From contig JAHLVW010000083.1 of NCBI GenBank assembly GCA_019058275.1, forward strand, positions 35,570 through 99,569: a stretch of DNA of 64,000 bases, read 5' to 3'. Made by a program: the position numbers and the translations under genes. The DNA comes from Candidatus Heimdallarchaeota archaeon (GTDB lineage Archaea > Asgardarchaeota > Heimdallarchaeia > JABLTI01). Below are positions 1-10,709 of the stretch, piece by piece. The stretch's first letter is position 1. Each line of letters starts with the position of its first letter. The notes beneath the pieces were generated by a model. The model saw nothing but the letters and a program-made list of their open reading frames with translations. It ran no database searches and was not told where the DNA came from.

Positions 1-1199
1 ACTGATTTTTGAAGTAACTTAAGAAGGCTGGTTTCTTTTGTTTTTTCTGCTTCTTTTAATCCTTTTTGAAATGCATCATTTGCTAGATTAAAGAAATCAA
101 GTGCTTCAGTGTACTTTTCATTATCTAGATTAAAAATCCCTTGTGATTGATAAAAATGACCGTGGTAGTATTGCATCTGAGCACTCCATCTTACAGCTAT
201 AAGCTCATCAACATCTCTTTTTGGATACATCTCAATAGCTTTTTTCATGGCATTAAATGCAAGCTCGAATTTTCTTGTTGCACCCTTTGCATTATTTTTA
301 TTTTTCAGTAATTCATTTGCGTTTGATTCATACATACTGGCTATTAACATATGTGAATAGGCCATTAGCAGTGTTGAATCCTTTGAATCTGATGATAATT
401 TACTCGCACGGGCATAAAGTTTAGAAGCAAATTTGCATTTCTCACCACTCTCAGTAAATTTCCCTTCAATAGACAAACGATAAGCTAGTCCCCAGATTTT
501 TGATGCTTTTTCTTTTACTAAAAAGTTCAACGTTGTTTTTATAGTATTATTTTGTTCACTTACCCAAATACTATAAGACGGATTATAGTATGTAGCAGTG
601 ACAAATAATCTATAGGCGTCTAAATGCTTTCTCTTTGCTAACCGAATATCCTTTTCAGTTACTGCTTTTTGGCCTTCCAACCTACTAACAAGTCCTTGTG
701 CAAAATTGGTTCTTGCTTTAGCATTATAGATTGGAAGTAATTTCTTGATCTTTTCCACTATTTCTACTTCGAGAGTGTATGAATTAATCGCTTCAATTAA
801 ATTAGCAATTTGATCATCAAGTTTTGTTCCTTTCTTAAGTGCTTGACATTCAAATAATCTGCCTTTTGCGAACAGATCGAGTCTCTCAGCTTCTTGTTGA
901 AACTCTATTGTAAAACCAGTGCTCATTCTTTGAAATCTGGTAATCATTTTGCCTCCTTCACTGTACTCATTTGCAGCACTATTATAGTCGCCTGCACGAT
1001 ATTTCTTTTCTGCACCAATTATTGCAAAAATTCCTTGGTACAAGTACAAATAAATTTTGGCTACCGATTCACCAGCTTCATCCTTTGCTTTAAATGTCTT
1101 AATAGTGGAATCAATTCTTGTCATAGCATCTTGTAAATTAGTTCTAAATTCATCGAAAGAAAATAGAGTATAATTCGTATCCGTAGCATTAGAAATCAA
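1..1199 (-). CDS. Partial (runs off the left edge) alpha-helical, TPR-like repeat hypothetical protein
   Basis: Not in the ORF track. Manual translation gives an open minus-strand frame from TTG at 1199 (GGTGA RBS just upstream) to the window edge: MISNATDTNYTLFSFDEFRTNLQDAM...EKYTEALDFFNLANDAFQKG. Ala/Tyr-rich helical periodicity. Confidence 0.75.
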   Translation of the reverse strand, partial: MISNATDTNYTLFSFDEFRTNLQDAMTRIDSTIKTFKAKDEAGESVAKIYLYLYQGIFAIIGAEKKYRAGDYNSAANEYSEGGKMITRFQRMSTGFTIEFQQEAERLDLFAKGRLFECQALKKGTKLDDQIANLIEAINSYTLEVEIVEKIKKLLPIYNAKARTNFAQGLVSRLEGQKAVTEKDIRLAKRKHLDAYRLFVTATYYNPSYSIWVSEQNNTIKTTLNFLVKEKASKIWGLAYRLSIEGKFTESGEKCKFASKLYARASKLSSDSKDSTLLMAYSHMLIASMYESNANELLKNKNNAKGATRKFELAFNAMKKAIEMYPKRDVDELIAVRWSAQMQYYHGHFYQSQGIFNLDNEKYTEALDFFNLANDAFQKGLKEAEKTKETSLLKLLQKS

Positions 1200-1353
1200 A
1201 TTTGTAATCACCTTGAGCAATATAAAATATGTAATATTGTAACTTAAGAAACCTTTGTTTATGATATGATATTTTGTTACTCAAAAATAAAGAAAATAAA
1301 TTTGAAAATTAGTCTGTATAAATTTTTACTAATTTTCAAATCAACAACTGTTA

Positions 1354-2547
1354 CTATTGATTTGGTTGAGTTGTGACCACTCTACTATTTCCAGTTAAGT
1401 ATACTGTATGTTCTGATTGTGAAATTATTGAATCTTTTATATCACTAAGAACTGGATATCGTTTTATTTGAGCTTTATTGGCTAAGTAGTTTAAAGCAAC
1501 TTTTGTTGATGGTATTGGTAACTCTTTGGCAATCCATCGTGTTGTGAATGGAAAATACCTATAATTTGCAAGTATAACTTTCCTTGCTCTTTTAGCAGAT
1601 TCAAGACGTAGTGGAATATTGAAAGGATTTAACTGGAAAATATAACATCTAATATCACCCTTAATCAATCTACCAGTTCCAGACGTAGCAAAAGTTTCAA
1701 TTGCAAAGGCTTGACCTTCTTCTAATCTTATTCCTTTAGTTCCTTTAACGTTTGGAATGGTTATTGGACCATGAAGAAGATTTTGATCTAATTGGTGACC
1801 ACTTAGCTCTCTTATTGGTCTATAACCATATGAACGAATAATATCATCAATTGCTGTGCCAATTCTATCTGTGGTCATACCAGGACGAATTAAATCAACA
1901 GCAGCTTTTGTAGCCTCTTCTGAAGCTTTAATGATATCTTTATGATCTTGACCAAAAGAAACAGTAAAAGCAGTATCTGCAACATAACCATCTACGTGAA
2001 CACCACAATCAACCTTCACAATATCTCCTTTTTGAATTACTAATTCATCTTCTGGTTGTGCGGAATAATGTGCTGCTACATTATTGATAGATATGTTCAG
2101 TGGAAACGCCCAAAGTCCACCTAATTCTTTTATCTTTGATTCACCTGCTTCACATACTTCTAGAACTGAAGCTCCAACCTTGACTTTGCTTCTTAAGAGT
2201 TCCTTAACTTTTATAGCAATTTCTCCAGCCTTTAGATAGAACTCAAGTGGACCTTCAACTTTAGCTGCTTTTGCAGTAGCTTTCTTCTTTACAACTTTCT
2301 TAGTTATGGTTTTCTTCACAGTAGTAGTTTTTGTTGCTGCTTTGGTAGTTGTAGTTTTTTTCTTTGTTGGTGCTTTCTTTGTTGTAGTCTTTTTAGTGGC
2401 TGCTGTAGTAGTTTTCTTAGTAGAAGATGTTTTTGCAGTTGGTTTCTTTTTTGCAGTAGATGTTGTTTTTTTGGTAGGACTAGCCTTCTTCTTTGTGCTA
2501 GTTTTTATTGGTTTTTTTTGTTTTGACATTACTAATGCTCCTATCAT
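1354..2547 (-). CDS. map: Type II methionine aminopeptidase with ~95-aa Lys/Thr/Ala-rich N-terminal extension (likely start MSKQKK at 2529)
   Basis: Metal-binding motifs DCGVHVDGYVADTAFT, SGHQL, AIETFAT, QSEHTV, plus the type-II helical insert. Confidence 0.95.
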   Translation of the reverse strand: MIGALVMSKQKKPIKTSTKKKASPTKKTTSTAKKKPTAKTSSTKKTTTAATKKTTTKKAPTKKKTTTTKAATKTTTVKKTITKKVVKKKATAKAAKVEGPLEFYLKAGEIAIKVKELLRSKVKVGASVLEVCEAGESKIKELGGLWAFPLNISINNVAAHYSAQPEDELVIQKGDIVKVDCGVHVDGYVADTAFTVSFGQDHKDIIKASEEATKAAVDLIRPGMTTDRIGTAIDDIIRSYGYRPIRELSGHQLDQNLLHGPITIPNVKGTKGIRLEEGQAFAIETFATSGTGRLIKGDIRCYIFQLNPFNIPLRLESAKRARKVILANYRYFPFTTRWIAKELPIPSTKVALNYLANKAQIKRYPVLSDIKDSIISQSEHTVYLTGNSRVVTTQPNQ

Positions 2548-2667
2548 TAAATAGAATAAAAATTATCTTTTATTAATTCTTCCCGAATCTTCTTGAAACG
2601 AATTAAAAAGTTTCTTTGGTTTTTGAAAAACAAAAATCTCAAAATAGAAATCTCACAATGAATAGGT

Positions 2668-2710
2668 AAAAAATAAAAAAAAAAGAAAAAATGTAAGGAA
2701 CGGAGTTCCT
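2668..2710 (-). terminator. Putative terminator of the surface-protein gene: 6-bp hairpin followed by a long T tract
   Basis: AGGAAC-GGA-GTTCCT at 2696-2710 right after the stop codon, then an A-rich run at 2668-2691 (T tract on the minus strand). Confidence 0.6.
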
Positions 2711-2714
2711 AACT

Positions 2715-4349
2715 TTATTTCTTGAATTTCTTGTATATTATGAAGCTTGCACCAGCGAGTCCGAAGATACCTAATATGATACCAAATCCAGCTGTTGCGG
2801 GTGTATATTCACCAAGAATGAACCAGTAATAATCTGATGTTATCTTGTTATTGGCTGAATCAAATACTTGTACGAAGTATGTGTAGTTATTCATTGCGCT
2901 TGCGTTGTATGCATCAGTTAATGAGATGTTTGCATCGTAGGTTGATCCTCCAGATGAGAATTGTATCATTTGGATCTGTTTAGCAATGTCATCATCTTTG
3001 TAGTAGTACAATAGAACTGAAAGCTCATCTACATAAGTATAGTCATCCTTAACACCAACTGTTACAGTAACATAATCAGTGTCATTATCTAGACCAGTTG
3101 GGTATCTTTCATTTAAATCGACTATACCAATAATTTCTGGTGCTAAATCATCACTAATTGTTACATTTTGATATTTTACAAATGGTGTTTCGTATTTTGG
3201 AGCGAATGTAACATTAAGTTGTTGGAATCCTAGGGGCATTTGATATTTATTGAATTGGTATAGTACGCTCCAGTCTCCTGTGATATAGTTAATTTCAGCA
3301 AGTCTCCACGATCCTTCTAATTCTAGGTTGACGAGTATTTCAGATGCTCTGTAATCGTCATATGCAGTACCAGTAACTAAGAGTGATTCGTTAACTGTGT
3401 CAGTAATAGCATTCCAGGTGAATGTAGCTGCATTGTCGTTGTCTCCTGATAGAACGTAGCATTCAACATCGATTATCATGTCTTCTGCATCATCTCCATC
3501 AGCTGCTCCAACACAGAATGAATAATCTGATAATGTGGAGAAGTCAAATACAATATCGTCAGTTTGACCAGTGTTTAATAGTCTAGCGAATTCTATTATA
3601 TGCATGTCATTGCCTGATACGTTAAATGTATGAGAAATAGCAACATCTGTTTGACTTAAAGTTGGAGGAGTTTTTTCAAACCAACCCTTGTAAACAGTAA
3701 GATTCGCAACAGCATCCTGATTAGCTATCGCCACTGAAAAATTATCCGTTTTTGGTTGTAACCAACCTTTTGCCTCAGTAACGGTATCAATATTTCGGGT
3801 GAATGAAGTATCACCAGCATCAGCTTTACCAGCTTTGGTCATTTCATAAGCGTAGTTAGCATCTCCTCTGAATGAGTTTGCCCAGACCCAATAGTCTGAA
3901 GCTTTTCCCTTAGAGAAACCAACAGTTAACATGTCATCAGAACCATCAAATTGGTCCCAAATAGCATGAGTGGTATTATCTTCCGTACTACCTGTCTTGT
4001 TCCACAAACTAACGGTATTGTCGATTGTTGAATCAGCCCATTGAACTGCAACATAAACATGGGTGCTTGTGTAGCACAGATAGGTGTCAACACCATTGAA
4101 ATCGTAATGTGGATTGTTAACCCAATCATCAAGATTAGCATCTACAGTGATTCCTGGACCATATGTACTATTGTCATACATCCAAATACCTTTGGAACCC
4201 CAAGGAGTTACGGCATCTGGATTTATTAATTCGGTGTCAGAAATAGTAGTTGAGTTACCTGATGTTTGTCTAAAAGTACTAGCAACAGCAAATGCACTAG
4301 AAAACATAACTAGAAACATTACTGCAGCTAAAATTTTTCTCTTCTTCAT
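2715..4349 (-). CDS. Secreted, C-terminally anchored surface glycoprotein with a DOMON/EB_dh-like N-terminal domain
   Basis: Signal peptide MKKRKILAAVMFLVMFSSAFA; ITVDANLDDW and IIEFARLLNTGQTDDIVFD motifs; many N-x-S/T sequons; C-terminal TAGF-TM-KKFKK (PGF-CTERM-like). Confidence 0.75.
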   Translation of the reverse strand: MKKRKILAAVMFLVMFSSAFAVASTFRQTSGNSTTISDTELINPDAVTPWGSKGIWMYDNSTYGPGITVDANLDDWVNNPHYDFNGVDTYLCYTSTHVYVAVQWADSTIDNTVSLWNKTGSTEDNTTHAIWDQFDGSDDMLTVGFSKGKASDYWVWANSFRGDANYAYEMTKAGKADAGDTSFTRNIDTVTEAKGWLQPKTDNFSVAIANQDAVANLTVYKGWFEKTPPTLSQTDVAISHTFNVSGNDMHIIEFARLLNTGQTDDIVFDFSTLSDYSFCVGAADGDDAEDMIIDVECYVLSGDNDNAATFTWNAITDTVNESLLVTGTAYDDYRASEILVNLELEGSWRLAEINYITGDWSVLYQFNKYQMPLGFQQLNVTFAPKYETPFVKYQNVTISDDLAPEIIGIVDLNERYPTGLDNDTDYVTVTVGVKDDYTYVDELSVLLYYYKDDDIAKQIQMIQFSSGGSTYDANISLTDAYNASAMNNYTYFVQVFDSANNKITSDYYWFILGEYTPATAGFGIILGIFGLAGASFIIYKKFKK

Positions 4350-4619
4350 AATTCGAACATCTTCCTATTATTTTTTTAGGCTAAATCTTTGCTCCTAGCT
4401 GTAGCTTGGAACATAGAGTCGTGGTTTTATTTTGAATGAGAGAATATATACTTTTTGGAAACATTAAAAAATTATTTATACTTTAAATGATTCGTTTATC
4501 TTTTTAGCAAATAATTTAATAAATACACAGTTTTTCCAAGCAAATGAACTGTTCAGCAAAAACTGAAATATTCATGAAAAATTAGCTTTTTTTTATGAAA
4601 AATAATTGTTCAGAAATTC

Positions 4620-6431
4620 CTAAACAATTCGTCCAAACTCTTTTTCTAGTGTCTTTTCTGATATTTTAATAATGGTTGGTCGACCATGAGGGCAAGTAAA
4701 TGGATTTTTGCAATTCTTTAACTCAAATAAGATAGAAAGTATTTTAGAAATGTCAACCGCATCTCCTCCACGAACAACTGAATGGCAAGCCATTGTCTTT
4801 AGAATGAGATCTATTCTTTCATTTATATCACCAATTTTGACAACATCTTTTCTCATTTCATCAATGAAGTCTTTAATATCATTTTCAGTTTTAACTAGAT
4901 CCATAGAGACTGGTAAGCTACGAACGATGTAGGTCTTCCCACCAAATAATTCGAAATTAATTCCTATCTTCTTAAATTGATGCAAGTAGTCCTTTAAGAA
5001 AGCTATTTGCTCACTTGTTAGCTGAAAAGTTATTGGTTGGAGTAATTCTTGAATTTCTAGTTTAGAATTTTGGAGTTTTTCTGTTAATTGTTCGTACCTA
5101 ACACGTTCATGTGCAGCATGGATGTCAACAACTGCAATGCCTTCATTAGTTTCACATAAAGCATAAAGATTCAATGCTTGACCTAAGGGTTTCATCCAGA
5201 ATGAATCTGAAAACACAACAACTCTAGATTCCGTATGTAATGATTGTTTATGTTTTACTTTTATTGAATCATCTTCAGCTTCAAATGTAAGTTGTGCATC
5301 TACTGATGTTTGTGATGAGCTAGTATCGATTTGTTTAGTAGTTTTAGTTACTATTTCTTTAACAGGTTCCATTGCAAGAGATACTTGCTCTGATGTTCCT
5401 TTCAATAATAGCTTCTCATCTCGCCATAGTTCAGTTGAACTTAATGCTTCTGAGATTGCGTTTTTAACTACATCAAATATCTTTGAAGCATTACCAAATC
5501 TAACTTCCCTTTTTGTTGGATGAATATTAACATCAACTTCAGAGGTTTCAAGTTCAATATTTAGAAGTGTCACAGGATATCTTTTTTTCATAAGTAAAGT
5601 TTTATACGCTTCCTCAACTCCTTCTGATAGGATTTTGTTTTTTACAAAGCGTTTATTCACATAAAACATTTCATGATCTCTTGTTGAACGGGAAAGATCA
5701 GGCATTGATGTAAAACCAGAAACTTCTACCCCATCATGTTTATATAATACTGGTATCATTTTTCTTGTCATTTCTATTCCAAAAACAGCTATAAATGGTT
5801 CTATTGTGTTTGAGCTCTTTGGACTATTCAATAGGATTGACTTATCATGTTGAAGCTTAAAATGGATATTTGGTCGAATCAAAGCTTGCCTTGTAACAAT
5901 TTCAATAATATGACCCAATTCAGTTGTTTTTGATTTTAGAAATTTCTTTCTTGCTGGAACATTATAGAACAAATTTCTTATCGTAATTATAGTGCCAGGT
6001 CTACAGTTTTTTTCTTCAAATAGCTCGAGCTCTCCTCCCTTAATTCTTACAATAGTTCCAATTGATTGATCTTTTTTTCTAGTAACAATCTCCATCATAG
6101 ATACTGAAGCAATACTAGCTAAAGCTTCCCCTCTAAAACCTAAAGATTCGATTGAGGCCAAATCAGTTATAGTTTTTAGTTTGCTCGTTGTATGGGATTT
6201 CCATGATAGCGCAGCGTCTTCTTTACTCATACCTATTCCATTATCAACGATCGTTATTTCATCAAGTCCATGTCCCTTAATGAAAACTGAAATTACAGTA
6301 GCAAATGCATCAAGCGAATTTTCAACTAATTCTTTAACAACAGATGCAGGTCGCTCAACAACTTCACCTGCAGCTATTTTGGTGATTGTTTTTTTATCAA
6401 GTTGAATAATGGTTGTCCTTTTAGACGACAT
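4620..6431 (-). CDS. mutL: DNA mismatch repair endonuclease MutL
   Basis: KIAAGEVVERPASVVKELVENSLDA, GFRGEALASI, DVNIHPTKREV, DIHAAHERVRYE, ACH, CPHGRP. Confidence 0.98.
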   Translation of the reverse strand: MSSKRTTIIQLDKKTITKIAAGEVVERPASVVKELVENSLDAFATVISVFIKGHGLDEITIVDNGIGMSKEDAALSWKSHTTSKLKTITDLASIESLGFRGEALASIASVSMMEIVTRKKDQSIGTIVRIKGGELELFEEKNCRPGTIITIRNLFYNVPARKKFLKSKTTELGHIIEIVTRQALIRPNIHFKLQHDKSILLNSPKSSNTIEPFIAVFGIEMTRKMIPVLYKHDGVEVSGFTSMPDLSRSTRDHEMFYVNKRFVKNKILSEGVEEAYKTLLMKKRYPVTLLNIELETSEVDVNIHPTKREVRFGNASKIFDVVKNAISEALSSTELWRDEKLLLKGTSEQVSLAMEPVKEIVTKTTKQIDTSSSQTSVDAQLTFEAEDDSIKVKHKQSLHTESRVVVFSDSFWMKPLGQALNLYALCETNEGIAVVDIHAAHERVRYEQLTEKLQNSKLEIQELLQPITFQLTSEQIAFLKDYLHQFKKIGINFELFGGKTYIVRSLPVSMDLVKTENDIKDFIDEMRKDVVKIGDINERIDLILKTMACHSVVRGGDAVDISKILSILFELKNCKNPFTCPHGRPTIIKISEKTLEKEFGRIV

Positions 6432-6674
6432 AGCTACCCCAATTCCTTTGGTAGATAATGATTTTTAATAATAGTGATGAACTCAAAATTGACACTCTTA
6501 CTTAATTAATACTTTCAAATTGATTAATAAATTCCTCTACGATATTTTAGATGCTAGTTAGCTCTTGTTAACTATCTAATTCAAGCACCAAAAAAAGATA
6601 AATAGGCATTAGCTTTATTGATAAGAAAAAGTAACTTTAGACAATTTTGACGTTATAATTCGGAGTAAAATTAG

Positions 6675-7682
6675 ATGGCACAAATTATAGTATTAGCAAT
6701 TTTCTTAGGGATATTATCATACTCAATGCTGAATATAGGCATGGGATTACAGAAGAAGGGTGCTGCTTGTTTACCGAAGATTGAAAAACAAAGTTTTGGT
6801 CAAAATATGAAAAACTTCTTTACAAACAAGACATGGCTTATCGGATTTCTTTTAGTTCAGATACAATGGGGTTTTCTAGCAATGGCTCTAGATTTCGCTT
6901 CTGTATCGATAATAACTCCACTAATGAGTGTTGGTATGGTAGCATTAATCATTTTTTCATATTTCTATTTGAAAGAGCCAATCACAAAAGTTGAAATGAT
7001 GGGAATTATAGCAATTATAATTGGAATTGTTGTTTTAGGTGTCACAAGTCCAAGTGATGAAGTGGAATACAATCTGAACTTTGTTTTTGAGAATATATCA
7101 AAACTAAGTTCAATAATTTTTCTTATAGTAGCGTTCATTATTTCCATTCTACTTCTTGTTGTATGTATAAGTCGTAAATTTGCTAATGCTGATATTTTGT
7201 TCAGCATTTCAGCAGGAATTACAGATGCTTTAGGGGCTATATTTTTGAGAGCTTATATGGGGGGAGCTGATTTTAGAGATGGAGATGTTCTTAGAGAAGC
7301 TTCTCTTAGATGGGGGTGGTGGGTGATTTTTGTACTAATGATTTTGTTAAATGCAACTGCTACCATCTATTTGCAAGTTGCCTATCAAAGAGGTAAAGCA
7401 GTTGTAGTAGCACCTATTTTCGCGGTTTTAGCTATGATTACTCCTGTATTTGGTGGAATCCTGATTTTTAATGAATGGAGCTTTTATTTCACAGAAAAGA
7501 AATTTGGTTTTATGGCTGGAAGAATAATTGCCTTGGCAATCATAGCTGCAGGAGCCATCATACTTTCGCTACATAGTGCTAGAAGTAGAAAGTTTGATGT
7601 TTGTGATGTAGATGAGGACGAAAAAAGAACACAAACACCAGACTTGGTTCAACCAATCGATGCATCTAATGCTTCGAAGTGA
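6675..7682 (+). CDS. DMT-superfamily membrane transporter, NIPA (Mg2+ transporter)-like
   Basis: About 9 hydrophobic segments; GMGLQKKG, ALDFASVSIITPL, YFYLKEPI, LQVAYQRGKAVVVAP. Confidence 0.75.
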   Translation: MAQIIVLAIFLGILSYSMLNIGMGLQKKGAACLPKIEKQSFGQNMKNFFTNKTWLIGFLLVQIQWGFLAMALDFASVSIITPLMSVGMVALIIFSYFYLKEPITKVEMMGIIAIIIGIVVLGVTSPSDEVEYNLNFVFENISKLSSIIFLIVAFIISILLLVVCISRKFANADILFSISAGITDALGAIFLRAYMGGADFRDGDVLREASLRWGWWVIFVLMILLNATATIYLQVAYQRGKAVVVAPIFAVLAMITPVFGGILIFNEWSFYFTEKKFGFMAGRIIALAIIAAGAIILSLHSARSRKFDVCDVDEDEKRTQTPDLVQPIDASNASK

Positions 7683-7702
7683 TAATGTCATTCACTCCAA
7701 TT

Positions 7703-10405
7703 CTATTTTTCAAGTTGTTTGTAGCTTTTCTTGATCCGTTCTTTTATACTATTCAACTTATTTAAAGCTTCAAGAGGTGATAGATTATCAATGTCTATTT
7801 CTTGAAACTCCTCAACAATTTCTTCATTAATTCTATCTTTTTCGTTTCTAGAAGATTTATGGAAGATACTTTTCATCAAAGTTAGATCACTACTACTTGG
7901 TTTCAATCCTTCAGTAATTTGACCCAAAAGATTTGTTTGGACTGAAGCTGTTTTTGGTGCTATTGCATCATCCTCTCTAATTTCACCAGTCGAAGTTTGG
8001 TACTCTAAATATTGCAGAAGCTCTTTTGCCCTGTTTATTACTGCATCAGGCATACCAGAAAGCTTTGCAACCTGTATGCCGTAGCTCTTATCTGTGCCAC
8101 CAGGAACAATCTTGTGTAGAAATAGAATCTTGTCTTCTTTCTTTTTCACTTGTATGCTGTAATTCTTTACTCGCTCGAGATATTTTTCGAGATCGATTAA
8201 TTGATGATAGTGAGTAGCGAAAAGGGTTTTTGAGCCCAAATTACTTGAATTGTGCAAATATTCAGCTACAGCCCAAGCAATGCTAACACCATCAAAAGTA
8301 GAAGTTCCTCGACCAATTTCATCTAAAATAATCAAGCTCCTTTTAGTAGCGTTATTAAGGATATTAGCAGTTTCATTCATTTCTACAAGAAATGTTGAAA
8401 GACCTTTTGAAATGTCATCTGAAGCACCGATCCTAGTAAAGATTCGGTCAACCACTCCAATTGTAGCTTTCTCTGCAGGAACAAAACAGCCAATCTGAGC
8501 CATAAGTACGGTTAAAGCAACTTGCCGAATGTAAGTAGATTTACCACTCATGTTGGGACCGGTAATAATTAGAATCTGATCTGTTTTGTTATCCATTGTA
8601 ACATCATTTGGAATGAAAGGTTGATCAAGAAGCATCTTCTCAACTACGCTATGACGACCCTTTTTTATTGATATCTTAAAGGAATTGTTTACAACTGGTC
8701 TTACATAAGCATTGTTTCTGGAGATTTCAGCAAAAGTTGTTAAGCAATCCAGCTCAGCTATTTTTTCAGCATTTACTAGAATTTTAGCAATTTCTTTATG
8801 CACAGCATCCCTAATTTCACAGAACAACTTATACTCGAGATCATTAATTTGATCCTTAGCATTCAGAATTTTTGATTCATAATCTTTTAATTCCGAAGTG
8901 ATAAACCTCTTTCCACTTGTTACTTCTTGCTTTTGAACATAATTTTCAGGTACCAAATTTAAGTAATTCTTACTTACTTGTATATAGTAACCTAGCACTC
9001 TATTGTATTCAACTCGAAGTGCTTTTATGCCTGTTTTTGTCTTTTCCTCTAATTCATAATTTATAATCCACTTTCTACCGCCTTCAGATATTTTCCGAAG
9101 GTCATCTACCTCTTGATTATAACCGTTTTTTATTATTCCGCCATCTTTTATAGTAGCAGATGGAGATTCCTTTATTGCACTCTCTATTTTTTTAATTAGA
9201 GGATTCAAGTTGAATAATTCTTTAATGATCCTTTTAGGTGCATTTGATTGTAATGTCTTTAGTATCTTAGTAATAGATGGGATTGCTTTCAAGGAATTTT
9301 TAATCGAAATGATATCTCTTGCATTCGCCCTTTTCAGCGAAATCTGACTCGCTAAACGTTCAAGATCTTGCACTGGTTTAAGTACGGAGCGTAGATCCTC
9401 TCTTGCAAAAGAATTGCCAACTAATTCATCAACTGCATCTAATCGCTCGTTAATTTTTTGGGGATCAACTAAGGGTCTTCGAAGTGCCCTTCTAATGTAA
9501 CGTCCACCTAAAGAAGTACAGCTTTTGTCAAGAATTTCAATTAGAGTTCCTTTTGAGGTATTATCTCTAACGTTTCTTGTTAGTTCTAAACTTCTAAAGG
9601 ATGATTGATCAATTACCATATAACCTTTTGTTGAATAAAGAGACATATTACGGATATTGTCTAATTTGGACTTTTGAGTCTCCATAAGGTAATCCAAAAG
9701 AGCACCAGCAGCTGAAATAGCTAGTGGTTTGTCTTCACAGCCAAAACCCTCCAAAGTCTTCGTTTTGAAATGCTCTGTTAACAGTTGATAAGAACTTTCA
9801 TTTGAAAAACGATAATCCTCAAGTGGAGAGATCATGACATTTTCAAGAGTCTCAAAAATACTATCAGGCAAATTATGTTTCTCAGAAACTATACATTCAG
9901 TTGGAGAAATTCTATTTAGCTCGATCAATAATTCATCTAATGGTTCGTTCTCAATAAAATGAGTTACTCGGAATTCACCGGTTGAAACATCAGCTAATGC
10001 TAAGCCAAATTTCTTCCCTTTTTCAAAAATGGAAATGATATAGTTATTTTCATTCGATTCTAACATTGCAGTTTCAGTAATTGTCCCTGGAGTTAAAATG
10101 CGCACAACACCTCTTTTTACAAGCCCTTTGGCTTCACTTGCATCTTCTAGTTGATCCACGACAGCTACTTTGTACCCATGTTTGACTAGGGTCAACATAT
10201 ATGCATCGACAGCCTTTGCAGGAACACCTGCGAGTGGTTCACCAGATCTGGCAGTAAGCGTAATGCCTAAGATTTTCGCACCAAGCTTCGCATCAGCACC
10301 AAAAAGCTCAAAGAAATCTCCGACTCGGAAAAGTATTAAACAATCTGGATATTTTCGCTTAAAGGACTTATACTGTCTCATCATAGGAGTAGATTTTGAG
10401 GACAT
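7703..10405 (-). CDS. mutS: DNA mismatch repair protein MutS (MutS1)
   Basis: TPMMRQY, LFRVGDFFELF, Walker A TGPNMSGKST, DEIGRGTST, FATHYH, SYGIQVAKLSG. Confidence 0.98.
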   Translation of the reverse strand: MSSKSTPMMRQYKSFKRKYPDCLILFRVGDFFELFGADAKLGAKILGITLTARSGEPLAGVPAKAVDAYMLTLVKHGYKVAVVDQLEDASEAKGLVKRGVVRILTPGTITETAMLESNENNYIISIFEKGKKFGLALADVSTGEFRVTHFIENEPLDELLIELNRISPTECIVSEKHNLPDSIFETLENVMISPLEDYRFSNESSYQLLTEHFKTKTLEGFGCEDKPLAISAAGALLDYLMETQKSKLDNIRNMSLYSTKGYMVIDQSSFRSLELTRNVRDNTSKGTLIEILDKSCTSLGGRYIRRALRRPLVDPQKINERLDAVDELVGNSFAREDLRSVLKPVQDLERLASQISLKRANARDIISIKNSLKAIPSITKILKTLQSNAPKRIIKELFNLNPLIKKIESAIKESPSATIKDGGIIKNGYNQEVDDLRKISEGGRKWIINYELEEKTKTGIKALRVEYNRVLGYYIQVSKNYLNLVPENYVQKQEVTSGKRFITSELKDYESKILNAKDQINDLEYKLFCEIRDAVHKEIAKILVNAEKIAELDCLTTFAEISRNNAYVRPVVNNSFKISIKKGRHSVVEKMLLDQPFIPNDVTMDNKTDQILIITGPNMSGKSTYIRQVALTVLMAQIGCFVPAEKATIGVVDRIFTRIGASDDISKGLSTFLVEMNETANILNNATKRSLIILDEIGRGTSTFDGVSIAWAVAEYLHNSSNLGSKTLFATHYHQLIDLEKYLERVKNYSIQVKKKEDKILFLHKIVPGGTDKSYGIQVAKLSGMPDAVINRAKELLQYLEYQTSTGEIREDDAIAPKTASVQTNLLGQITEGLKPSSSDLTLMKSIFHKSSRNEKDRINEEIVEEFQEIDIDNLSPLEALNKLNSIKERIKKSYKQLEK

Positions 10406-10709
10406 TGACTTTACCCTATTGAAATTTATTTTAGCAATATACTAAGCTATCTTCTTCTACCTTTATTGCTTCTCTTACACAATTAATTATTAATTTTTCT
10501 TTAATATCATCAACGAAAGTAGCTCAAAATAATCAGTACTTACGCTATTTTCGTTCAATACTAAGCAATCTTTAAGTTTTAAAATTAGAAACTAATATGT
10601 AGAAGTGAAGAAACAGGCATAAAAGAATGAAATTTTATTGAGTTAGAAATCACATCCAATGAATAGCTAGAACCTTTCTAAAAAAAGTAGAAAGCTAGTA
10701 CTAAAAGGG

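Noticed and set aside
2255-2554. Tandem repeat, CRISPR-like array, or the hydrophobic + strand ORF 2306-2554
   Set aside because: This is the degenerate low-complexity Lys/Thr coding tail of MetAP; the + ORF is its antisense shadow
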